Shown here: piece after piece, positions 15,101 to 27,100 of the stretch
How positions within the stretch are numbered: position 1 is the stretch's first letter
Layout of the letters: the number at the start of each line of letters is the position of its first letter
Origin: Macrostomum hystrix
Lineage: Eukaryota > Animalia > Platyhelminthes
Reading direction: 5' to 3'
Length of the DNA: 64,000 bases
Assembly: GCA_950097015.1 (NCBI GenBank)
Contig: CATNEN010000001.1
Coordinates: forward strand, 15,314,001-15,378,000
Made by a program: the position numbers and the translations under genes
Notes under the pieces: model-generated
Told to the model about the DNA's origin: nothing
What the model saw: the letters and a program-made list of their open reading frames with translations, nothing else
Database searches by the model: none

Positions 15101-18100
15101 ACACTCGTAGATAAGCAACAATTTATACTGGGGATTATAGACAGTAGCCTACATCTCATGGGATTATAGACAGTAGCCTACATCTCATGGGATTATAGTC
15201 AGACAGTAAACTATATCTCATGGGATTATAGCCAGACAGTAAACTATATCTCATGGGATTATAGTCAGACAGTAGCCTATATCTCATGGGATTATAGCCA
15301 GACAGTAGCCTATATCTCATGGGATTATAGTCAGACAGTAGCCTACATCTCATGGGATTATAGTCAGACAGTAGCCTACATCTCATGGGATTATAGTCAG
15401 ACAGTAGCCTACATCTCATGGGATTATAGCCAGACAGTAGCCTACATCTCATGGGATTATAGCCAGACAGTAGCCTACATCTCATGGGATTATAGCCAGA
15501 CAGTAGCCTACATCTCATGGGATTATAGCCAGACAGTAGCCTACATCTCATGGGATTATAGCCAGACAGTAGCCTACATCTCATGGGATTATAGCCAGAC
15601 AGTAGCCTACATCTCATGGGATTATAGCCAGACAGTAGCCTATATCTCATGGGATTATAGCCAGACAGTAGCCTACATCTCATGGGATTATAGCCAGACA
15701 GTAGCCTATATCTCATGGGATTATAGCCAGACAGTAGCCTACATCTCATGGGATTATAGCCAGACAGTAGCCTACATCTCATGGGATTATAGCCAGACAG
15801 TAGCCTACATCTCATGGGATTATAGCCAGACAGTAGCCTATATCTCATGGGATTATAGCCAGACAGTAGCCTACATCTCATGGGATTATAGCCAGACAGT
15901 AACCTATTTCTCATGGGATTATAGACAGACAGTAACCTACATCTCATGGGATTATAGTCAGACAGTAACCTACATCTCATGGGATTATAGCCAGACAGTA
16001 ACCTACATCTCATGGGATTATATTCAGACAGTAACCTACATCTCATGGGATTATAGTCAGACAGTAACCTACATCTCATGGGATTATAGTCAGACAGTAA
16101 CCTACATCTCATGGGATTATAGTCAGACAGTAGCCTATATCTCATGGGATTATAGTCAGACAGTAACCTACATCTCATGGGATTATAGTCAGACAGTAGC
16201 CTACATCTCATGGGATTATAGTCAGACAGTAGCCTATATCTCATGGGATTATTGCCAGACAGTAGCCTACATCTCATGGGATTATAGCCAGACAGTAACC
16301 TATTTCTCATGGGATTATAGACAGACAGTAGCCTATATCTCATGGGATTATAGCCAGACAGTAGCCTACATCTCATGGGATTATTGCCAGACAGTAGCCT
16401 ATATCTCATGGGATTATAGTCAGACAGTAGCCTATATCTCATGGGATTTCAGTCAGACAGTAGCCTATATCTCATGGGATTTTAGTCAGACAGTAGCCTA
16501 CATCTCATGGGATTATAGCCAGACAGTAGCCTATATCTCATGGGATTATAGTCAGACAGTAGCCTACATCTCATGGGATTATAGCCAGACAGTAGCCTAT
16601 ATCTCATGGGATTATAGTCAGACAGTAGCCTATATCTCATGGGATTATAGCCAGACAGTAGCCTATATCTCATGGGATTATAGCCAGACAGTAACCTATA
16701 TGTCATGGGATTATAGCCAGACAGTAGCCTATTTCTCATGGGATTATAGCCAGACAGTAACCTATTTCTCATGGGATTATAGCCAGACAGTAGCCTATAT
16801 CTCATGGGATTATAGCCAGACAGTAGCCTATATCTCATGGGATTATAGCCAGACAGTAGCCTATATCTCATGGGATTATAGCCTGACAGTAGCCTATTTC
16901 TCATGGGATTATAGCCAGACAGTAGCCTACATCTCATGGGATTATAGCCAGACAGTAGCCTATTTCTCATGGGATTATAGCCTGACAGTAGCCTATATCT
17001 CATGGGATTATAGCCAGACAGTAGCCTATATCTCATGGGATTATAGCCAGACAGTAGCCTATATCTCATGGGATTATAGCCTGACAGTAGCCTATTTCTC
17101 ATGGGATTATAGCCAGACAGTAGCCTACATCTCATGGGATTATAGCCAGACAGTAGCCTATTTCTCATGGGATTATAGCCAGACAGTAACCTACATCTCA
17201 TGGGATTATAGCCAGACAGTAGCCTATATCTCATGGGATTATAGCCAGACAGTAACCTACATCTCATGGGATTATAGCCAGACAGTAGCCTATATCTCAT
17301 GGGATTATAGCCAGACAGTAACCTATTTCTCATGGGATTATAGCCAGACAGTAACCTATATCTCATGGGATTATAGCCAGACAGTAACCTACATCTCATG
17401 GGATTATAGCCAGACAGTAGCCTATATCTCATGGGATTATAGCCAGACAGTAACCTATATCTCATGGGATTATAGCCAGACAGTAACATATATCTCATGG
17501 GATTATAGCCAGACAGTAACCTATATCTCATGGGATTGTTGCCATACTCTAACCTGCAACCCAGTCAGTAGATATCCCCAAAAAGCGAACCTGTCTCTGT
17601 AGGACGCAGCAATTTTCGTAGGCCTGTTTCAATCGTCCCCCTAGCAGCGGATCCGAAGAGAATAAACCGCCAGACGACGCGCCGGAAGTAGCAGCCGCGG
17701 GAGCGGACAGGCCGAATAGGGAGGACATTGTCTGTCCGGCGGCCGCGGCGGCGGCGGCAGCGGCAGCAGCGGAGCCTCCAGAGCCGGCGTTGGCAGCAGC
17801 TTCGCCACCGCCGCTAACTGGCACATTGGCAACGGTGTCTAATTGTCTCTGCAGTTGAGTACAGGCCATGCCGTATCTGCACAGGTTCTCTTCTGCTACA
17901 GCCTTCAATTGTTGAACAGATTCAGGCGTTGCTTCCAGATTGCTGTGGCCGAAGAAGGCACCCAACGGTATCCGGGTTCGGCTGGGAGTGCTACCCGCCA
18001 TCCGACCAATGATGGCCACCTTCAGGAAGCGACACAGAGGCGGCGGGTAGAGATCAGTGAGCACAAGCGGATGAGCTCCAATATCTGTGGAGACGGCCAG

Positions 18101-21100
18101 CCTCAGGGCGTCCAGCTCTTCGGAGCGATTCCACACGGTGACGGAGATTGAGCCCAAATCGTTGCAGGCCGGGATGAGTACATCGGTGAGCAGAACCGGA
18201 TGACCGAAATCCAATATGACAAATCGTCTGGCGCCAGGAAACATTCGATCAATCACTAGGGCCAGCGGCTGTGGCGGATTCAACAGGTGGCCAGCTGCTG
18301 TTGAATCATTGGACAAACGAGCAGCGGCCGAGGCGGCTGCCGTAGCGGCGGCTGCTGCAGCGGCAGCCACAGCGGCAGCCGCGGCTATTGAGGCATCGTC
18401 GGCGTCTTCAGGCGGCGGCGGACTAACGGAGGGCGTGGCAAATAGCGGCGTCGTGTGGGTTGTTGTAGCCGGCGTTGTCTTGGGAGTCGGCGGTGTTGGA
18501 TCCAGCAGTTTAGCTTCCAGAGTTTTATTCTCCGATGCAGTCTGAGCGCCGATGCCGCCGGTTGCAACACCGGCGGAAGCAGCCGCGCTAGACTGAACAC
18601 CAGCCGACGATGGAACTGTGGAAGACATTGCGGCGGAAGCTGCGGCAGAGCTAGACTTGGCCATCGGATAAGCCAGGCATGTGTCAAGGTATTCGATTCG
18701 AGTACCGCCAGTGGCTAAGCAGCAGGTGAAGTGCAAGGGTTCAACTTCAATGAGGCCTCGAGTCTGCCAGGACTGTATCTCGTGGGTGGCTGTCAGCGGC
18801 GGCGGATGTCCAAGGAGGCGCAGGACGTCGGCAACGCGTTCGTCATCCGCGGCGTTTGAAGCGCCAGCACCGAAGCGACTGCCACCGGAAGCAGCAGCAG
18901 CGGTAGCGGCAGCGGCGGCGGCAGCGGCCATTAGAGTAGAACTACAGTTGCCTGAATTTTGATAATTTCGAAATTAATTAAGCTCATATATATTTGTCAA
19001 TATGGCTAACAACTAATAGATATGCGATAAACAGCTAGTACAAAGACTTCAGACAACTGCTTATAGGCATGGGATAACAGCTGATAGACTAGGGACAGTG
19101 ATTCACAGACTAGGGATAGTGATTCACAGACTAGGGATAGTGATTCACAGACTAGGGATAGTGATTCACAGACTAGGGATAGTGATTCACAGACTAGGAA
19201 TAGTGATTCACAGACTAAGGACGGTGATTCACAGACTAGGGATAGTGTGATTCACAGACTAGGGATAGTGTGATTCACAGACTAGGGATAGTGTGATTCA
19301 CAGACTAGGGATAGTGTGATTCACAGACTAGGGATAGTGATTCACAGACTAGGGATAGTGTGATTCACAGACTAGGGATAGTGTGATTCACAGACTAGGG
19401 ATAGTGTGATTCACAGACTAGGGATAGTGATTCACAGACTAGGGATAGTGATTCACAGACTAAGAATAGTGATTCACAGACTAGGATAGTGTGATTCACA
19501 GACTAGGGATAGTGTGATTCACAGACTAGGGATAGTGATTCACAGACTAGTGACAGTGTTTCACAGATCAATAATAGCGGTTCCCATGCTAAGAATATCA
19601 CAGACAATCGCAGATTTTAATCGCAGAAAAGCATACTCACCACTGGCAGCAGCAGACGCCCAATCAGATAGCGCAGGCATCGGCATTTTGGGTGGCATCA
19701 GTGGCAAAGCCGACAGTAAAGGCGAGCCGCCAGCGGAGGCGGTGGTGGCGATATTAGCCAAGCCGCTTAGCCCGGAAGCGGCACCGACAATGCCGGCGCT
19801 GCTGGCAGGTGTAATACCGACTGGCACAAAGGCCCAGCCGTAATTTGGCGGCGGACTGAAACCGGCTGAGCCAAGTCCGCTGGGAGCGTTGCCACCGCCG
19901 GCTGCCGCTGCGGCAGCAGCCGCGGCAGCCACAGCCGAAGCGTAGGAGTTGAATATGGCGCCGCCGCCGCCGCCTCCGCTACCGCCGATACTGCCGGTTG
20001 CGGAGACTCCGCCACCGCCAACGCCGGCAATTGTGCCGGTACCGCTGACACCGCTGCCACCAACAATGCCTGGTCGTTGCGAGGCTCGCAGACGATAAGC
20101 GGACACCGGGTCTAGATCGAATAATTCCGGCTCCAAAGGATTGTGATACAGACAGGCCTGGGATCTCAAGACGGCCGGATAGAATTCTCCACTTCTTTCA
20201 CGCAGGCAGGCAGCCATTTGTAGCAGCAATTTTGATAATCTTTCTTCCAATCTGTCGCAAGTGTAACCAACCTGATGCAAGGAATGGGCCAATGCGAAGA
20301 AGTTTGTAAGGCCGGCCGAACTTTTCACATTGCCTAGCTGAGGCACGTGACAGGATACAGCCCTAGCTAGGCCCGGTGCGCAAGCCCACCTACGAATAGC
20401 TAGAGCGCTATTGAATAGTCTCAGGGCTAGATTAGCCACAGTGCGATTGTCTTGCAATAATAGGCGCAATACTAGACCGTCGGCTTGTTCGCCTATTAAT
20501 TCAGGCAGCTGCGTATCGCAAGAGGAACAGTGGCACAGAACTGATAATATCCAGTTAAGCAAGGCTAGTAGGCTAGCAATAGGTTCTCGGCCAGATGTGA
20601 GTGGACCATTGGCAAGCAGGTTAATAGCTGTCCTATGCAAGTCGGTATCAGTTAGTAAGGCTAGACGCTGCTGCCGCTCTTTAGGCAGAGAGGCGCGCTT
20701 GAATTTGCGCACACAAATAGTCATCTCACGAATACAATCGCAGCCGCGTCTAGCGCCGGCATTCGGCTTATGAGATGGAGTCTGCTGCTGCTGCTGCTGC
20801 TGCTGCTGCGGGTTAGGACCGCAGTACTTGATGTGAATGGCAAAGTTTCTGGTACGACAACGAATTAGTTCTAGGCTGGTCATAGTGATGTAGGCAACGC
20901 GACCAGACGGATCTAGATGCTCGGCTAGATTGTAAGGCCCGGCAATGACTTCGGCATTGAGCGCCTTCAATTGATCGGACGACAATGGCAGGCTAGAATC
21001 GTCGTCAATATAAGGCAAAGAGATGCTATCAGGATCCTTGCTGCCAACACTGGATCCGGACACATTGAGTGTCAGCAAAGTCACAACAATGCTAGGCGTT

Positions 21101-24100
21101 GGTTGTTGACTGAAATAATCTAGAGTCAGTTTCAAATCAATGTGACCAACGCAGACAGATTTCAATAGAACAATATCTATGAGATGCTCGGACCAACTAG
21201 TTGAGTCCGGTGTCAGCTTAAACGATCTGGAACAATCTGCTCCTAATCCACCAATGCCGCCAGCACCTGCGCTAGGACCAGATAGTTGATGCATCGGATA
21301 CAGACGCTGCTGCTGCTCCGGTTGCAGCTCGTTCCAACATGGCCCAACTGTAGCCATGAATCTGGGCGTCATGAACTCGTACTGGGTTAGTTCCAACAGT
21401 TTAGCGTAGCACTCTGTCAATGGCTGACGATGCCATACGAATGAGCCAGACGGTGCGCCCAAGGCGGCGCCGAAGCCAGACAAAGCTGACGAAGCACCGA
21501 CGCCAGCAGCAGAGGAAGCGGCTGCGTTGGCATTACCGCTGGCGTCGCCGCAAACTCCGCCAAGATCAAGTTCCTCCGAAGCGCCCTGCGAAGCCGACGA
21601 GGGAGTAGCGTCTGATGCGTTAGCAGACGGTCTAATTGAGTCCAGACAGCTATCCGGATCTGGTCGAGACACCTGGAACATGTGCAACTCGTGCCCGCTG
21701 GCTGCCACGAGTTTGTCTAGGCCGTAGCAATACTCAATGCGAGTGAAATCAATGCGAGAATCTGTCGCCGACAAAGACTCCAGCGGAGTAACTCGATGAG
21801 AGATGCGCTCCCGATCAAGGTCTACTATGAGAATAGTTGAGTCTATGGTAAGAACAGCAGCGCAGCCGAGATCCGTTCCACAGCCGCCATTACCGCCGCC
21901 GAGGTTCATTCCAATGGATCCAGGATCAGCACCCGACGAGAAGTCGCAGCGAGTACGCTTGGCAACCTGTTTAAGGAGTAGAGAAAACATTTACTTTAGT
22001 CAAAGCACGTTAATTCTAAAAACCTGTCCCTGAGTGTCAAGGCTACCTATCATTTGCTACAGTGCTAACACTCTGTGCCTGTGCTTCAGTTCTAACAATC
22101 TGTGCTTCAGTTCTAACAATCTGCGCTTCAGTTCTAACAATCTGTGCTTCAGTTCTAACAATCTGTGCTTCAGTTCTAAAGATGGGCGCTTCAGTTCAAA
22201 ACAATCTGCGCTTCAGTTCTAACAATCTGTGCTTCAGTTCGAACAATCTGTGCTTCAGTTCTAACAATCTGTACTTCAGTTCTAACAATCTGTGCTTCAG
22301 TTCTAACAATCTGCGCTTCAGTTCTAACAATCTGTGCTTCAGTTTTAACAATCTGTGCTTCAGTTCTAACAATATGTGCTTCAGTTCTAACAATCTGTGC
22401 TTCGGTTTTAACAATCTGTGCTTCAGTTCTAACAATATGTGCTTCAGTTTTAACAATCTGTGCTTCAGTTCTAACAATATGTGCTTCAGTTCAATAACAA
22501 TATGTGCTTCAGTCCTGTCAATGTGTGACAGTGTCTCTCTGTTATCCGTATGGTTTAGTTTTACTTGATCTTCTGTTTAGTTTTCAGTGATTGCCAATAG
22601 AATCTAACCCACCGGTTCCACGGACACGGAGGGTGTCGAATCATCAGACGGATCAGGCGCCAACAGCAGCATCTGTTTGGGCCTCAACAGTACAGCAGAG
22701 CCAGCGTCAGATGGTTGATCGACAACGCTGATCAAAGGAATTCTAGTCTTGACTAGCTGACTAATCCGAATTCCAGAAGCCAACGGATCATCAAATAGCA
22801 GCAATTGTAGCAGACTGTGATAGACCACAATGTAGCCATCCATTGAGGCGGCTATGACAGTTGTAGCGGCGGTGGCAGCGGCGGCAGCAACAGCAGCCGG
22901 GTGAGTATTAGGCCTAGGCGCTTGCATTGTATTATAGACAGCTGGTAGATTAGTATAATCCAGCAGACGCAACAGGCGATGCTTTCTACCGTCTGGCACG
23001 GAGATTCCGCCGCGCTCCATCCGATACAGCAATAATGTTGGCTCCCATTGAAGCTCGCTGCCAACAGTGCGAGCCAGCTGACAAGCGACTAACAATGCCA
23101 GGCGATCAATATTGGCGTCGCAGATGCACATTGATTGCACCCGCACTCTCCTGCTAGCAGTAGTATTGACGGCGGTGTCAATACTGGCATCACTAAACAG
23201 AAGCTTCTCCTTGCTAATGAATGATTCGGCGCGAATACCATAGCGCAGGCTTAAATCCCACACGCATAGATCGCCATCTAGACTAGATGTGGCCAGATAG
23301 ATTGGCGAATTGCTAACACCAATAACAGCTACGGGATTTGGCATTAGTCTAGCCGGTTCAGTGGCTTGCGTCACCATCAAAGGTACATTGTGAGTGAACT
23401 CATTCTTAACAAAGATACAATTAGGCGCGTGGCGCTCGTGCTCAGACCATGGCTCGTCAGTTGGCTCCCAGGCTACTAAACAGACAGTGCAGGCGAAGCA
23501 CAATGCCCTATCTAAATCTGGAGGCGAATGATAGAATCCAGCGGCGGCCATAGCCTCAGGCAGGGCCCATTTGTAGTGCATATGCGGCCAGCTAACATAG
23601 GTTTCTCGACGATTAGCTTCGGAATTGAATGCCGATTTATCCGTAGTCTTGGCTAATTCTAAAGGATTAATTGGCTGACCAGGACGCAGTTGAATAAGGC
23701 GATCGATTAGCGAAGCCAACACTGGCACGCCAGAATTGTTCAGTAGGTGACTCTGCACTAGATAGTCCTGTAGAGTGGATAGCCGCTGATACAAATCCTC
23801 TAATGGTCCGGATAATAATACGCGGGCGTGTTTATCGCCGCTGCGATTGCCGATTCGGACTAGGCCGTCAGTCAGCTGGTGATAGGCTTGGCGAAGCTCG
23901 TCCGAGATTTCGTCGCTTAGACTGCCGGCTTCAACATCGCAGAAGTCGCTTAGTAGGGCGTGAAGATGGTTGGCCTAGGGATCAAATTTGAGACGGATCA
24001 AAGTTTATACTTTCATTCATGAATTTCAATTCTGTGATCGCTAAAACTCATCTAGGCCAAAAACTAGCCTGTATGGTGTTTAAGAATTGTAAACTTTATT

Positions 24101-27100
24101 TTTACTTTGATTTCGGAAACTTCTATAATACTCATGATATTCGAGCCTCAAAAGCTCTCTACTCTGATTGGCTGGTCTATGATATTCGAGCCTCAAAAGC
24201 TCTCTACTCTGATTGGCTGATCGATGATATTCGAGACTCAAGCTCTCTACTCCGATTGGCTGGTCTATGATATTCGAGACTCAAGCTCTCTACTCCGATT
24301 GGCTGGTCTATGATATTCGAGCCTTAAAAGCTCTCTACTCTGATTGGCTGGTCTATGATATTCGAGCCTCAAAAGCTCTCTACTCTGATTGGCTGGTCCA
24401 CTATTTTCTAGACTTTTTAAAGGCTCTCTCATTGGCTGGTCCATGATTTTCAAGACTATAATTTTTAAAAGCTCTCTACTCTGATTGGCTGGTTTCTGGT
24501 TGAGCAAATAAAGCAGGGGTTAGCTACTGTATATACCTCAGGGACCTGACTGATGAGAAATAAACTTTAGAACACTTACATCGGACACAGTGAGGTCCAA
24601 GCAGACGGTGGCATCTTTATCTGCGCACTGACAATCCACCAAGCTGTCCAACAGTAATGTGCCATTCAGATCGCGTCTAACAGCAAATCGAGAATCCCAG
24701 GCTAGGACGAATTGACCAGTGCCGTGAAAATAGTCAGTTAACACCGGCGCTTGCGAATCTGCTGAATAGTTTATTTATAGACACTAAAATTACTAATGCT
24801 ATGACAAACTTGCTATTAAGAGAAGAAACCACAAGCTTTTATTTCAGAAATATTAGTTTTGCCTATTTCAATTGAACATGTAAACTCTATTAAACTATAA
24901 TTGAATTATAAAATTTTTTTATGACATTTATAAAAACTTTTCTATTTAAATTTTAAATTCATAAAACTTAAATTTGACTTATTTTGCAACACATAGTATA
25001 TTAGTATAGTAGTATGTATAGTAGTATAGTAGTATATTACTTTATCTTTAATTTTAATAAACTTAACATATTAGAATTTTTATAACTTTGAAAAAACAAC
25101 AATGAATCTACTTTAAATTCATAGATGTATTGCCATTAAATTAAAAAGGTCAAATAGTACATCCTTAAGTTTAACAAATACGTTTAACAGTAGAACGACC
25201 AAAGGGGAATTTCCCACCCCATGAAAACTGTTTGCTGCAACCAAACAGAGCAATGCAAGCACATAGAACTAAATGAACATAGGCCAACTTTTTGTTGCAC
25301 ATCTTCTGAAGCAATAATCAAGTTTACTGCTTTTCAGACCATTGACATATTCAATGGTTCTCACTGAAGGTCTGGTTCCTTTTCCCTAAGCACTAGTGTA
25401 TTTTGTACACCCCTATACACAATTTTTCACTGCACCTCAGGGTGGCCTTCAGAATTTATCAAAAGCCTAAAATTTATGTGGCCTTGCCAGGCATCCAAAA
25501 TGTACAGCATGTCACCCAAATATGCCTATATAATCTGCCATTGGTGGTCATCTATATTTATCTAGACTGCTGGACCTTCGAGAACTACAACATGTAGAAA
25601 TGGGCCACTATAGACACACTGAAGCAAATTTCACTGCTCAAGCCTAAGGCACAGCTCAGCCACATGAAATCATTGCCTATTCTGTCAACCAGGCTGTTAG
25701 CATTTGGGTGCTGCCAAAAAATCATTTACTTTAGTATAAACATTGGCAGCAAAATGGCTTGGTAGTCAGGTGTTAAAGAGCCATATAAGAGATAAAAACT
25801 TTAAATTGTGAATGACTATCTAATTATCTAGTAAAACCAAAGCAAATAAAGCTAATATAGGCCTAAATAACTTCAATATGATAAGAACATTTTATTTTGT
25901 TTAATTATTAATAATAATTGCTATAATGGCAAACTATCTGGTGACACTAGTCCTACAGCCAGCAGAGGCAACTCTGCCTGGGAGCAGCCTAATTTGGTAA
26001 TAGACAATTAAGTAACAATAGATAGATAGTTCACTAAAAGGTCTAGGTTACAAGAAAAGTTAGGCACATTGATAGAAACCACATCAATTAATGGGCACAT
26101 TGAAAATTATTTGAAATTAAAAAATCATGCAGCTAGTGAGGGTCCAATGTACACTAGGTCTGGCATGTACAATGTTGATTACCATAGGTATGCACAAAAA
26201 CAAAATTTAAATGCTTTTAAAACAAATGAAGTCATTCAACTTGATTTAAAAAGAGGCTTGTTTGATTCAGCTAGCATAATTTAATGAATGAATGATACAT
26301 TTTATTACATGAAGCATAGGCCTATTCAATAATCATTCCCATGCTATCTTAAATTGTGTTCAAAGGTAGATCTATATAAAGAGTGTATGAAAGTAAAAAC
26401 CAAATTATTTATAAATTCTTTCTTGCGTTTGTGACATGACAGTAGCCTAAAACAAACATTATTTTTAGCAGGCACCATAAATTAACTATTTTTAGCAAAT
26501 ATAGGTTCTTTCCAACTAGTTTTCTTTTGCACCAATATAAAAAAATTCATTCAAATATTTAACATTAGAAATGTGATAACTTAGTGTACACTCAGTGTGT
26601 TCCTGACTACAGTAGGTTGTAGATGGTGAAATGTATTATGTGCACTATGTGCTGAGTGTGCTATGTATGCTAAAAATTTGTTGTGTCTTGAAATTTTTGG
26701 TGAAGTCTACCACATTCTTAACTTTTTAGAAAATTGTAGAAAGTAATCTTAAAACTTAAATATGTACAGCCATATAGGACTAGGTCATGGACAGCATATA
26801 TGAGCTATTCCTATTAATTTAAAAACTTTTATAATAAATTTAGGACAATACAAGTGTAATAGTGTAATAAAATGCAAATGCAATATATTTTTTAGAATAT
26901 AACAAAATAATAATATAGAAAATCCAATTCTGGCTGACTAGCTAAAGGCCAATCAAGGGTATGCATTGCAATTATGCATTAGAATAGTAGCTAGCTGACA
27001 GGTCGAAAATAAAGACATTTATTGTATTGCTATGAAAGGCAAAATATAATTAATAAGTGAGTTACCTGGAGCTTCATTTAATGTAGGATCGAGTGTTTGG

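Noticed and set aside
15130-17540. CRISPR-like array (33-bp repeats; also the 24- and 30-bp arrays)
   Set aside because: Head-to-tail repeats without unique spacers, no cas genes, eukaryotic intron context.
3778-17602. Long repetitive ORFs (e.g. SSLSGSVL, MRYRLLSGYNP, TEEESTENSL, CPLPPYN)
   Set aside because: Translations of 3n-period intronic minisatellites lying between well-defined BIRC6 splice sites; no independent coding evidence.
25184-25776. piggyBac-like MITE between TTAA sites in BIRC6 intron 1
   Set aside because: The putative ends (CAGTAGAACGACC vs CACCTGACTACC) match too poorly to support without other copies.
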